Source: Pocillopora damicornis (lineage: Eukaryota). Taken from it: a stretch of DNA of 64,000 nt. The stretch covers positions 1 through 64,000 of the forward strand of contig NW_020844363.1 of NCBI RefSeq assembly GCF_003704095.1, written 5' to 3'. The position numbers were made by a program, and so were the translations under genes. Below, piece by piece: positions 25,301 to 38,306 of the stretch (positions within the stretch are counted from its first letter, which is position 1; the number at the start of each line of letters is the position of its first letter). The notes beneath the pieces were generated by a model, which worked only from the letters and a program-made list of their open reading frames with translations, was not told the DNA's origin and made no database searches.

Positions 25301-28300
25301 ATGACAAGACAGCAAGATACTGGAGAATAAAGGTACAAAGTAGCTATTATTTTAAAAAAAAATTCAAATTAGCTCACAGGTTCACTATTGACACTTGTAA
25401 CAGTACTGTTAGTTGTCTAATACAGGGTTCTCAATAGAAGGCAGCACCCAGCGATTGATCACCACTTACTTTGGGATTTATAACCGCTTACTTTGTGTTT
25501 AAGTCGCTTTTCTTTTCTTTGTTTTGTTCTGCAAGTTTGCTTGAGTTGTTTCCAAATTTCTCTTCCGTTTCTTGCATGACTGTGATCCAAACAAAACCGG
25601 GAAACTTGCTTACAGTTCTGGACTCAATCAATGAATGCCATTTTACTTGAGTCCAGGCGTTCACGGTGAAACATGGTAACGAGGCCTCCTACTTTATCAG
25701 TGATCACCTCCTACTGTAATACCTTGCCTTGTCAGCTATTATTTTTTGGCCATTTCATTTTACCTGCTGCCAAGACAACTGCATTTGCTCCAAGCTTTTG
25801 TAATCACCACACAATCTCTTTCCATGTGATTGTGTAAACTGTTTGACTTTGGTACCCTACTTATTCCTTCAGTCCTTAATTTTGCTCATTTGCCTTGTAC
25901 ATAACTCAGACCACAGTGTTAGAATTGACAAAATTTTAGTCTACGAAACGCTTGGAAAAGTGCTTGATCATTGTCCTGTCAACGTAATACTTAGAGAAGA
26001 CTTCATTTATCCGTTTTTTTTAAACATATTGATTGATTTAATATATTGAACTCAGACCACAGTGTTAGAATTGACAAAATTTTAGTCTACGAAACACTTG
26101 GAAAAGTGCTTGATCATTGTCCTGTCAATGCAATACTTAGAGAAGACTTCATTTATCCATTTTTTTTTTAATATATTGATTGTTTTAACAATCAAAAGTG
26201 GACTAAGTAAAATTAACACTTTTGAATGAAAGGCTTTTGATAAACAATGTGTTCCTTTCAAGAAAGTATGGTTTAATACAGTTATCACTGGCTTATTTCA
26301 TAAGAATTATACTAACATGCAGTTTTTCTGCCAATCCACTTAGGCAGTTGTGGTTGTTTTCCATCCCCTGGCACAATCATCCCTCCTTAAATCCTTTTTT
26401 TTTAATTTAATTTAATTTAATTTTTCTTTTTTCAGTCAAAAAACCAAGCAATCACCATTCACAGTTTTGATCTTGATTCTGATGGAGTGCCAGAGCTCAT
26501 CACTGGTTGGTCCAATGGAAAGGTTAAGATATTCTGTCTAATTGCAAAAGAAAAAATAAACTTATGTCTAGCAACTCTAGCATAGTAAAATGGGTCAATC
26601 AAGGACAGTGTCTTACAGTGATCTTCTACTTCCCTATTTACTCAACACTTCATCACTTAATCAACACTTAATCGACCCCAAAGAGTGTCACTAACATCTC
26701 ATTTCACCCGACAATATCACCCATGCATCAAGAAATGATCTCCATTGATCTAGAAGTTCCCGATTGTTAAGAAAATTCTTACTCTGTGCCTTACATTTCC
26801 CACAATATCCCATCAATGGATATTTCCTTAAATGTTATTGCCTCTCAGCTTGACAATGCATTGACATGATAAGAAAAAATTTCTTGTTGTTCAGAGCCCA
26901 CAAATTGGCTAAATGTCTTCATGCTAGTAATTAATGTTTTGCCAAGAATAGCACTAGTCAACTATTCCTAATACTTCCTTTGTTTGTTTTATTCATCACA
27001 TTTTGTAAACTCCTTTTGCACATTCTTAGATTGATGCTCGTAGTGACAGAACAGGGGAGGTGGTGTTTAAAGATAACTTCTCTGCTGCCATTGCTGGTAT
27101 ACTTGAAGGAGACTATCGTATGGATGGAAAAGTGGAACTCATTTGTTGTTCAGCAGAGGGGGAAGGTAATTTTAATGCATATGTTGAGTTATGCTGTGTC
27201 AGTCACACTTGTATTGAAGACATCTCAAGAGGAAAAACTACTTTTAAATCTCTGGAAGCTGAAATAATAGTTGGTTATTTATAACTAAAAGAACACACTT
27301 TCTTTTGGCTTACTGGTGTAATAATCCATGCAGGATGTGTGCATTTTAATGCTGGTAAAGCGATCAAAAGTGTGGTTTATTGCTTTCATTAAATAAGCTT
27401 GAAACAAAACACAGTATATCTTAATCTTTCTATTGGGTTCCTGGTGCAATAAACGATAGGTTTTTGACCAGCAGGGAGCTAATGTGGGATCTCAGGCTTT
27501 TTTTCATAAATGGTAGTATCCCAGTTTAGTCTTTAAGCTTATTATTTGTATTATTATTTATATTAACGAGTTTTGAAGAGGAGCTTGTAACCTGTGGGCT
27601 TCATATCCTCAGCACTTTGATGAGCCAACAACAAGGCAAGAGAAAAAGCATGATAGGGAAAAAAGGAGACTGGCTTGCAAGGGGGCTGGATAGGGGTTTG
27701 ATTGTTTTCTTCTTGCCTTTGAGAATGGTCTTCTCATGTTTCTTTTTTGTTCACCCATCTCAGTTCGTGGGTACTTGCCAGCATCTGCTGAAATGAAGGG
27801 CAACTTGATGGATGTCAATGTTGAACAAGATGCACTACGAGACTTGGCACAAAGAAAACAGAATTTATTGTTGGAATTGAAAAACTATGAAGAAAATGCT
27901 AAGGTAAGAAATTTAATTTAATCTTGTTCCTGGTGGGGGATGTGATGATATCATGGCTGCCAGTACTCCAAGCATCCTCTTACTGGCTAGTTAATTACAA
28001 TATAAATAGGAGGAGAGCAACATCATTGTACTGACAGAAGCAGAAGTTAAGAATGGAAGAAAAGATGGGATGAGCAGTTGTTGTATCCTCAGTCTACTAC
28101 TGAAACAAGCTAATGTCACGTGTCATTTGACTTTGAATAGTGTGTGTTATGTAGAATATGTAATTTAAAGGGAGTCCTATGTTTAGTTTCAGCCCTTTTT
28201 TGGCTGTTTGTCATCAGCCCAGTGCTAGTGTTCAACATGGTTATGTCTGAGTTTTCTTATTAGTAAATTTCCATCGCGGTGATTACTGTTCAAAACTTTA

Positions 28301-31300
28301 ATTATTGATATTTGTTCTGACTGAGTAAGTGACATCTTTCTTGGGGTCTCATTCACTCTTTGTTTCCTCCCACCTGAGTGAGAGTTAGGTTTAGGGTGAC
28401 TAGCTTGAAATTATTTGTTGGTGACGTACAAAAATGTACTGATCAAATAGTTCAGTAGGAAAAAGTCATGTTACAGCTGCATTTCTAACTAACAAAAGCC
28501 ACAGGCCAATGGAATAGGCAAATAATATGACTAAATCATCGTAGGTTGGAAAGGTTGGAGGTCAAGAGGTTGATCAATCACAGATGGGAGTCATACCAGC
28601 CAGCACTCAACTGCAGACCTCACTGTTGGTAAACCCAGGAAGTGAACAAGTTCAGCCACATGTGCAGCTCTCAATTTCAACTACCAATGAAACTATTATC
28701 CGGACTGTGATGATATTTGCTGAAGGAGTGTTTGAGGGGGAAAGTCATGTTGTCCATCCCTCACAACAAAATTTAAAGTCATCTCTTCAAGTTCCAGTGT
28801 TCCCACCCAAAGATATTCCTGTTGATCTTCACATCAAAGCTTTTGTTGGCCAGAAATCCAGGTAAGTGGACTTGTTAATTCCTCTGTCAGTGGATAAGTC
28901 ACTAGTTTAAAGGGGCAAAATAATAATCATTGGTGATGTAGTCCAGAATGGCAGCAACATTTCCATTGTTGATTGTCAATGACAGAGACAGACACATCTA
29001 CAATTACTTGAGCCACATTGTGGTCATGTGATCTGATGATGACCCCTACCCAGGTGGTCAAGGCACTGGTCACAGAGACCAATAACAGCTCAGCTGTCAA
29101 CTGGACAGTCATGGCCACCATCACTTCAGATAGAGCAGTTTCATCAAAAGCAAGATCATTTGATGAGTGATGTTCTTGAGCTGAATTCTTTCCTCCAATA
29201 AAATCTCTCTCCACTTTAAAAGGATTATATTAAGTGGCTGCTGGTGAGGTTTTTTCTGCAGGCAACCATACAAAATGCAATTCATGGAATGAGTCTGCAA
29301 AAGGAGAAAATGTATTATTTCAAATCACTAAAATGTACAGTCAATGTTGCAAATATGAAATGAAAGAAGGCATGTGTAAGTGCTTCTAGTCAGACAATTA
29401 TACCTTTACCTCACCATCTGATTCTATATTTTGTGTATGTTTCTTAATTTGTTTGTTTTGGCTTTTTTTGTTGTTGTTTGTTTTATTTTTTGTTTGAAAT
29501 TTAATTTCTGTTTTGCAGCAACCACTTCCATGTTTTTGAGCTTACAAGACAGCTACCTAGGTAACAATATTTATACTCTATGAAATATTTTGAGAGACCT
29601 GCAAAATTACTAACAATAAGTGATAACCTGATTGATATAGGTTGATTCTATAGATTTAAATTAGTTTTGGAAAAGAATTTGAATACCTCAGGCTTCAGTG
29701 GGTACTGAATCTCACCTCCTAGTTAGAGTAGCATTTGAACAAGGCCACTAACATTGTGCGAGCTAGATCATATTCTACTATGGCTGTCTTTCAACCACGC
29801 AAAAGAAGCTGAAATTTGTGTGCCTCGAGATGGATTGAAGGGCAATGTAGCTTTTTTCATGGTAGTTTTCACTTAGTCTGTAAGGCTAAGATGCATGTAT
29901 TTTTCATGTGGCTCTTTCTTCCCCAAAACACTCTATACATTAATACTAGTACTACATACTACAAGCGTCCTTATTGGGAAAAAGCTACCGTTCATTTCAC
30001 TGATGAACCCATATTTTTTTATGAATTAAAGCAATACACTGCACTTTCTGTCTATTTTCCTGCCTAATAAGCCACTTGGGATATGGGGGGGAACATTTTC
30101 ACGTGAGAAGAACTTTTCACGTGTTCTCCCAACATCCCGAGTGAGTTATTATGCCGGTAAACCTATTAAATCATTCAAGTGTGATTCATTTCCAAACTCA
30201 GTCAACATCATTTCTGTTGTGTAGATTCACCCTGTACATACCTTGCCCAGATGGTTATGCTGAACCAAAATCCAGCTGCTGCTTCCATATTAATGAAAGA
30301 GTGAACAGGGTAAGCCCACTAGAACGTCTAGCATCTAATTTCTCCTCATAATATCACGCCTGAGTCACACTTTAAGGTCACAAGAATAAAGGAAATGACC
30401 ATCAACTGAAGAAGCTCTTGATTGTTAAACAAATTCTCCTTGTCAAGACGTTGGGAAAAGTTTAGGAACAGGATGGAGAATATGTTTACTTTTGTTAGGG
30501 TGTAAATGTTTAGGTAAACGCGGATATCTGATCATTGCTGGTAACTGACCTCTATTTTCTGGTTCCTGCACAGGCTGTTATGTGGCTAAATCAGAATTTT
30601 CTCCTCCCGGATGAGATAGAGAGTAAAGACGGGGACCTTGACATAATGTTCTTGTCTCTGAGAACTGGTAACCCCTTGGCAATCAAAATGGATCAAAGTG
30701 GAAATGTAAGGAGCTGTATTGATTTTAATACACCATAGCTACAGCTGTACCAGTTCTCATGCATAGAGTGGCTATCTTTTCTCTGGACTCAAGTTTAACG
30801 GAGAAACTCAGGAAAATTCAGGCTTCGACAGGATTCGAACCTGTGCCTAGTTGCGTGCTAATTGGTAGTAGCGCTTAGGCGGAACCACCGGGAAGCTTAA
30901 CCTTTTTACAGTCAAATCTTTGTAATTATTTACTGATAATAAAAAGCACTCAGGAGGGTAACCCCTCCTTTCCTAGTAAACCTCGGCGGGACCTGGTTTT
31001 GACCCAGAGCTTAGGGTCGATTTTTTTTTCTGCGATTTTTTCATGTAAGCACATTTAAATTACCCACTTTTTTTCTAAGCACGCTTTTAGAGAATTCAGC
31101 AAGTGGTACCAAAAAAAGTCCAGGTTCGTGTTCAGAAGCCCTTGTCTTTATCTTAAACGAAATGTAATAAGCTGCTCACTACATAGGTGAAAACTTTCTG
31201 TTAGGCTGTTGGAAGGCTAGGTTATGATATTACATACAAAGAAAATTTGTAAAATGAGGGGAATGTATTAAAACGTATCTGGCAGGCCTAATTTTTTTGT

Positions 31301-34172
31301 TCTGTCTAGGTGAGTGTCAAAACAGATGACATGGATTTAGCAGGTGATATCATTCAGGCACTCGCAACCTTCCTGGGAATTGAGGTAATTTTTCCCTGAA
31401 CAATATAAATAGAAACTCTTTTTTCATTGTCACTTTGGCAGCTTTCGTAACGACCAATTGATGGTTTTGTCCAAGTCCTATTGGGTTAGTTGTTTCTGTT
31501 TGCGTTGGTTTCGCGATTCGAATGCAGCTTTCTTGATTGAGAACAGTGTCACTCCTTAGAGAGCAGCGAACCTGAATTGCTTTTCAGTTGTGAAGAAGTT
31601 ACCTCTAAAATATCTCTAGAGAAAACATGTCGCTGTTTTCTGAAAGTAAATTTAACTTAACACTGCTTTAGAGAAGAGCTAACCACTTCGCCATACGATT
31701 TTACTCCAGGACTTACAGACCGCTGCAGAATTTCCTGAGCATTTGGAAGAACTACGTGCGGTGTTGCTTAAGGTAATAAACCTAAACAAAACTTATTAAA
31801 ACAGTTCCGGATTAACATGACGAATATGCAATGTTGTTCAAAGCGTTATTTAACCTAACTGTATATCTGGCCTTAAAACCAATCAATCAATTTTCGCGCT
31901 ATTTTTTCGGACACTTTAGGTCACGTTGTGTAGAATCACCACACATTCATCACGCAATAACCCCCATCATTGTTCTCCGATTATTAACGTTGAAAAGTAA
32001 CAAAGCCAGTTAAAAAAAAAACTTGAGCCAGCTCAAAATTTTTATCATTTCACCTCCATCATTTTACACGGAAGACAAATAAACTCGTTTGTAGAATTTA
32101 CTGATAGTGATATTAAAAAGCTGGACTCAAAATGCGAAATCGGCATTAGATCAACGTTGACTTTTTTACGGGCGCTGTTTGCAAGATATAAAAGTTGCTG
32201 GGTTAGGAGGGTTCTATAATCGATAAACCTCTTTCCGGCCGGTTTGTCGGATGACAATGTTCTTGGTGAGAGATTGTCCTCAAAATTTCACATTTTCTCT
32301 CGAAGCGTCGCTTCTCGAGCAAATGTTGAAAGAATAAAACCTTTCGGATTTTATTCTTTCAGTCGAAAAAAATTAAATACATGGGACTGCATTGTTTTTG
32401 CTTTGGTTCGCTTTGTAATTCATTTAAATAATTCTGGCAAGAGAATACGTTCTCTTAGTGATGGTGGTGCCAACTTTCCAATAAATCAGTTGCGAAACTA
32501 AATCACTGTGACTGGGTCGCTTCTATTTTCCCGCCGGTGGAGCCCGCTAACTGTGTTCAAAATGCGTTCTCATTGGATCCATCTAATGTTTTCTACTTGA
32601 TTTGATTGGCTGTCGTGAATACTTTTGTTTCACGGGACTTAACCTTAAAGCACTGTCTCGGGTGTTTGATCACTGACGCGATACATGCCTTCAAATTATC
32701 ATCATTCAGGTAGACGAGCTGCATGCTGTGAGACAAAAACTGACAGCTGAGATGGCAGATCACTCCAATTTGATCAGAAGCTTGGTTGTCAGAGCTGAAG
32801 ATGCCAGATTAATGGGAGACATGTGAGCATGCTGATTAATGTTGATTAATGTTACCCGCCCTTTTGAGATGTAGTGGTCTTATGTAAGCGCACTTGATAC
32901 AGGGGTTTCCGTAACTTTGTCCTTAATCAGCTGCAAGTGGTGTAAAAGGGGTCTGTGCCCGGAAGAGGGGTCGCAAAGTTTTCCCTCTGGGTCAAGGGAC
33001 ATGCTCCCTCAGAAAAAAAGTGAAATCTAGAGACTCGGAAATGTAATTTTCTGCATTCTGGTCGTCATGAAGAGTATTGTTTTAAATTTAGTATTTATTG
33101 GCACCTCTATGATTTGCCTGTCATTTCTGAGTTAAAGATCACTGTATTGTTTCCTTGGGTTGAAGCTCTCAAGTTTTCCTTAGAGTTTCTCTGTGCTACT
33201 GAACGATTAGCTTTCTCTCTCTTTATTCCTCGTGGAAATTTCAGTGATAACTCCTTTAATATTTGGTTAATAATTCACTCAAACCGTTCGCGGCTGATAA
33301 ATTTATTCCTCAGATTTCATGTTTGTTCTTACTTTCTTTGTAGGAAAAACATGAGAAAAGGCTACATGGAACTGTATGACCTGAACAGAGATTTAATCAA
33401 TGGCTACAAGATCAGATGTAATAATCACACAGAGCTTCTGTCCTGTCTAAAACTTGTCAATCAGGCCATCCAACGAGCTGGAAAGCTCAGAGGTAACGGA
33501 TTAACTCAGTGCATTAACCCCCTGGCTCTCAGGAATGATCATGTGGTACATTCTCCCCACAACTCTAAGACACTGTTCAGGATACAGGCAATGAGAGTTA
33601 AGCAAATTATCACACAGAGGTTATTTTGAGATATAACTCTCAGATTCTCCTCAAGAGCCTTCAGAAAAAGCATAATCATCAGTTAGGGCGTTAACTTTGA
33701 ATTCGTGCGGATGACTCAAAGGGTTAAACGAAGAGCATCCAAATTTTTTGGCCAGTTGTTGGAGAAAAGTAAGAACTTGCATTTTTGTCCTCACTAATGG
33801 CTCTTGTATAAGCCCTCCACCTTTTTCCTCTTATAATCTGCCCCCTCAAACAAGCCCCTCTCTAATTGGCTCAAAGCTCATGTGAGCCCCTTTCACATAA
33901 GCTCCTCTAGAGAAATTCTCTCTCTTAAATGAGTCCTCTATCTGGATGACCTATGTATTGTTAAGCCCCTCGTGGTCTTATCTTAAACATTCGCCATATC
34001 CAGGGGAATGTTGTACAGCTTTCAAGGATGCTTTATCGTCGTCTAATCCCTGACTTTTCATTTTCCTGCAGTGGGCAAAGCTAAATCTCAAGTTATTGCA
34101 GGCTGCCGACAAGCGATCAAGAACAACAATGTCAACGGCTTGTTCAAGATAATCAAAGCTGGTTCCCTATGA
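22325..34172 (+). CDS. BBS2: Bardet-Biedl syndrome 2 protein (BBSome core), 18 coding exons, ~714 aa
   Basis: Exons: 22325-22441, 23353-23568, 24034-24159, 24619-24681, 25059-25136, 25228-25332, 26436-26522, 27030-27165, 27764-27903, 28545-28861, 29519-29560, 30225-30309, 30574-30705, 31310-31384, 31710-31772, 32710-32822, 33344-33492, 34072-34172. They splice in frame. The N-terminus [17 protein letters not shown]...[10 protein letters not shown] and the motifs [28 protein letters not shown] and [12 protein letters not shown] are characteristic of BBS2. Confidence 0.97.
24778..24988 (+). mobile_element. piggyBac-like TTAA MITE (~200 bp)
   Basis: TTAA-ccctttt...aaaggg-TTAA: CCC/GGG termini flanked by TTAA. 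Diverged relatives at ~12965-13160, 15718-15910, ~26660-26900, ~30330-30510 and 33514-33727. Confidence 0.75.
25903..26185. repeat. Near-identical 146-bp direct tandem duplication in a BBS2 intron
   Basis: aactcagaccacagtgttagaattgacaaaattttagtctacgaaac...atattgattg starts at both 25903 and 26049. Confidence 0.92.
33514..33727. mobile_element. TTAA-flanked MITE (diverged family member)
   Basis: TTAA-ccc...aaaggg-TTAA, same size class as 24778-24988. Confidence 0.6.
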
Positions 34173-35545
34173 AGTCTCACCGTCACAGTTCCTAAAGCAT
34201 TTATTAAACTTCAGAGGCCGGTTTTTTAAATGACTTTTGAATCCGGCTGCGGTGTAGACAATCGGCAGTCCCGTGAGCTCTTTGCATGTGGGTTGTTGGA
34301 ATGAAATGCGTGTTTTCCAGTGTTCATTAGAACCGTCCTTGACATTGCTTTAACAAAATCAACGTTTAGATTCAACGTTTGCCTTTATTGAGGGCTGTTT
34401 AAAAACTGGTCGTGGTAAAAAAAAAACGGCTTCACTCTGTTTCAGAATTTTGCCCATTGAAAGTTGTTCTTAAGGTTATGTTAGATGGCCTTCAAAAAAT
34501 TAATTAATTTATGAAGAAGAGGTAAATTGTACTTGCCCTACGGGCTCGTGCAATTTTGTTGTCTTTGAAAGATTTCCTTGTACTTATTAACACCAAATTG
34601 CACTCGAAATTATGTCATTATCTATTCTTAGTACTGAGTGCGTCTGCTTTACAGGCTACATTATTTTAAAGGTGCGCCCACAGAAGTGGTGTAACCAGCT
34701 GGTTAAAAGCCTTTGATGCTGAATCTTTAGGCAGTCTCGAGAGAAATGAGAATGAAATTGTGGATTAATTTTTCCTTCGTTCGCTGCTCCGCAGCCTTCA
34801 TCTTCTTTGAGTGCCCACATTGTAAATAGTAGCAAGGCACAAGGAATGCTTATTCAGTAAAGGCTGTAAGATTTGAAAAATTGATCAAATTTCAATGGTG
34901 GCTTGTGTTTAGGGTAAGAGGGAGTCACAGTCTCTTTTCTTGTCTAAATATGGTTCAACCAAGTCGAGAAGGAGAGGGTGGGTGCGTTCAACATTGGGAA
35001 GCATTAGGGGTGGAAGGTGTGAGGATGGTTTTTCATGTTACGACCTCAACGCCTAAAATCATCTCTCTGTAGTAAGAACGTTTTGCAAGAGTCCTATTCT
35101 ACTGATTGGCACTTGGCCGTGTTTCGCGGAAACAAATTTGTGCTCTTGGTACGGCTAAAATTTCTGTTAGAAACTTATTTTTGTAATTTTATTTATGTAA
35201 GCGGCAGCAGAACATTAACAAGGAAGTGCATAAAGATCCTCCTTCGCAGAATGACGCAGGCTAGGACACAAATGTCCTTTTCCACTCTCCTCCAGGCGAT
35301 CAGCGATGAGATTTACTGTTTAGTCAGTATTGATGTTCAGGTCATTTGTCCTAGAAACTTTTTAAAAAGGACAAGTAATGTGCTCAACTGGAGTTAAAGC
35401 AGAATATTAGGAAACTGGTGGGCTATTATAACCAGCATTGGTCGGTTTGGCATAATAACAGATGTTACCCTTCTCTGAAGATTGTACTATGATATTATCA
35501 AGAGGGTTAGGGTTAGGGTTACGGTGACAGCTTATGTTTCCTCAT

Positions 35546-35762
35546 GTAATTTAGTGTTAACAACTGAGTTGAAAACGTAAGTTGTAAAGAGTAAAAAAGC
35601 TGACGTTTCAAGCTTCTTATGTCCTCAGTTAAGTATCATTCTGGTAAAAACCACGACCCTGAAGATTAGGATACAAGATCAGACGCCACCAACGGTTGTT
35701 GTTATTGTTAAGTATAAGGATTTTACTTTTCCTCGGCTTCTTTTCAATAGAATAAAGGAGTA

Positions 35763-35801
<39 letters not shown>

Positions 35802-36085
35802 TATAGCAGGTAATTTAGTGTTAACAACTGGGTTGAAAACGTAAATTAGCCACCGCAAAGGGTAAAAAAGCTGACGAGCGCTTTTCATTCAACTAATTTA
35901 TTCCTGTTTTCTCGTCACCATATTCCCACCAATGGCGTAGCTCCACTTTCTACATAGAAATCCACACACAACCCACAATTCCTCTAATCGCTCTGACGAA
36001 GGGCTAACGCTCGAAACGTCAGCTTTTTTACCCTTTACGGTGGCTAATTTACGTTTTCAACCCAGTTGTTAACACTAAATTACCT
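35546..36085. repeat. Cluster of three hammerhead-associated repeat fragments, including a 69-bp inverted repeat
   Basis: 35808-35876 is the reverse complement of 36017-36085 with 1 mismatch. A further partial minus-strand copy lies at 35546-35613. Confidence 0.85.
35990..36023 (+). ncRNA. Minimal type I hammerhead ribozyme motif (Penelope/retrozyme-type)
   Basis: gcu-CUGACGA-a-GGGC uaac GCUC-GAAAC-GUC/agc. It has the conserved core, a 4-bp stem II, a loopless palindromic ACGU stem III and a 3-bp stem I. Confidence 0.65.
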
Positions 36086-36162
36086 TCTTTTCAATAGTAT
36101 CCACATGATATCCGTGTAAGATCCTTTGATCTACCTCTTCACGCAAGGAAGGAAAAATGACA

Positions 36163-36410
36163 TACCGAATCTCCTCAAAAAAGCGCCTACACTGTAACAA
36201 ACGCCCCTCCACAAATAAGCGCCCACCCCCAAGTCCATAAATCAAACAAGCGTCCCCTGAGCGCCCCCACTTGAATACCCCGTCTCCCTTCCCCACTTAA
36301 ATAGTAAGCTTCAACCACAGCTGGATCAGTACAGGTTAATAGTTTCTTAAAAAGCGTTCCCTTCGATAAGAGCCCTCCATCCAATAAGCGCCCCTCTCTA
36401 TAAGAAATCA
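36163..36410. repeat. Repeat built from (a)ataagcgccc-like units (MITE subterminal-type array)
   Basis: Multiple aagcgccc/aaacgccc/ataagagccc units; a similar diverged array lies at ~33805-33980. Confidence 0.55.
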
Positions 36411-36914
36411 ACCACATTTTTACTTTGTCGTCAGATTTGGCAATTATACCTTAAAATCAGGTGCTTACTTCAGTTTGCTAATGTAGGTGTGAAATATTAA
36501 CAGCTAGCGCGGGTAGTCCAAACTCGTTTAATGAACCTGCGTAAGTATGCAAACATGTCTATATTGCGCCATGGGCAATAAGGATTTCTATGGGAATAAA
36601 CAGCCGCATTTTTAACCTGAAAAATCTGACCTAGTATTAAACAAAAAACGAACCTACCTTGCTGCTGTCTCTGTTCCTTTGCATCTTTTGAATTTTCTAA
36701 GCTAGTTAAGTTGTGCTTGGTTCTTTTGAAATAACAAATTAAATATCTTTTTTAATCAGGAAATTGTCAGTCTTTAAACTCGGCCATTCACAATGTTTAC
36801 TGCTGTGCAGTTTTTTTAATTTCACTGGAAGGAGGATGAGTAAAGAGAGTTTACCAATCAAGGTCAGGGGAAATCTAATTCGGATTGATAGCAAGGTATT
36901 CACAGAGAATTCAT

Positions 36915-37385
36915 ATTCTTGCGACGAAGAAAGCGAAAGCGGTTGCAAAAGAGGAGGAAAACAAAACGCTTTTGGGGTAGGGATATCTTTAAAGAAAGGA
37001 AAAGTCAAGGTGATTTTTACAACCTCGTGGAAGAGCTACGACTTGGAGATTGTGAATATTATTTCAAGTAAGCTTATGTACATGGGTTACGGAGATGGAA
37101 AGTTTTAAAATATTAAATGTAGACAGGTAAACTTTATCTGTTTACGTTATTCTGTGTTAGCTTCAGAAAGTTAAGATGAGCTTTCTGTTTCCTTAGCTGA
37201 TTGAATGAAATTCAGTTTTATGTCTTTGCTGATGAATTGTTATCGTTGGCTTTTATCACCTCAAATTTTAGATATTTACACATGAGCCCAGAAAGGTTCG
37301 AACATTTGTTGACCCTGGTTGGCCCCTTAATTTCCAAGAAGGCCGCTAAAATGAGAGAGCTCATTTCTGCTGCAGAGCACTTCAA
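36915..37385 (+). mobile_element. Truncated PIF/Harbinger transposase relic (N-terminal part, with an intron)
   Basis: RRRKRKRLQKRRKTKRFWGRDIFKERKSQGDFYNLVEELRLGDCEYYFK, then a GT-AG intron at 37068-37271, then YLHMSPERFEHLLTLVGPLISKKAAKMRELISAAEH. This is a typical Harbinger N-terminus (FRMS..F..L). There is no DDE domain and there is an upstream in-frame stop. Confidence 0.75.
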
Positions 37386-38306
37386 TAGGTTAATGGATTG
37401 CTCTTCTGGTTTGAAAATTCATTTTACTTGCCTTGTTTATATTATGGAGAACATGGTATTAAGTACATTTGTATTGTATTGAGGTTATTTACTAGATTGG
37501 AATAGATGTCATAGTGTTGATATCATTAGAGTTAATGTCTATTGCTAGGTGATATTTTAGGTATATTTTTGGTTCATGCCCACTAACTCCTTATTTACGT
37601 ATCATCTTCACTCTCTATTTATGATCACACAGCGAGTCTTCTTCAAAATATAAATTTTTCATTCGTGGCCTTTGTAGCTAAGGTGATTGAAGCGCCAAAC
37701 TAGAGTCTGGCAGTTTGAATCCCGTCAAAGTCTGAAGTTTTTCAGGCTTCATTTCTGTAACTTCTTCAATATTGTAACGCAGCTGTGAGGATCATTTCTT
37801 AACTTCTATCTTCTGCTGGTCAAAATATAATGGTCATTTATCGTTTGCTTTTACCCGCATGGGTCGGAGAGTGAGCAGAGCTGAGCGATTTGATCTGATT
37901 TAAGTATTAGTTTTAGTTATATAAGTATTAGTTGTAGTTATGAATCGCATGCTATGGTCAAGTCACAAGTTGAAACACTTATTACCATTTACGTATGTTC
38001 TGCGAACAAATGGTGAAAGCCTATTTTTTTTTAGACAGGGAACCTTTACATCTGAATATCTCATGTTCATATCGTGATAACGTATCTATTCCCCTCAAAC
38101 CATACCATTTCACATTGGTTATTCATACCAAGTCATGTCATATTATGCCCTCGAGCCAAGTACTGCGAATCTTACCTTTATTTAGCGGTGATCTGTCACC
38201 CTTCATGAGGCCTGTGGAGATTTGATTCACAGCATTCCGTTTGTCCTTTCCTTCTTCTCTCACTTTTCTACAGAACTTACTGGCTTTTATGGTATCTTAA
38301 TGTTAG

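Noticed and set aside
28927-29214. 95-aa minus-strand ORF and a hammerhead-like CTGATGA at 29033 in a BBS2 intron
   Set aside because: The region looks like a decayed Penelope-type repeat. After the TGACC/GGTCA stem the required GAAA is absent, so there is no functional ribozyme, and the ORF has no recognisable domain.
30810-30900. tRNA gene (B-box GGTTCGAATCC on the minus strand)
   Set aside because: No complete cloverleaf; the context matches tRNA-derived SINE copies elsewhere in the window.
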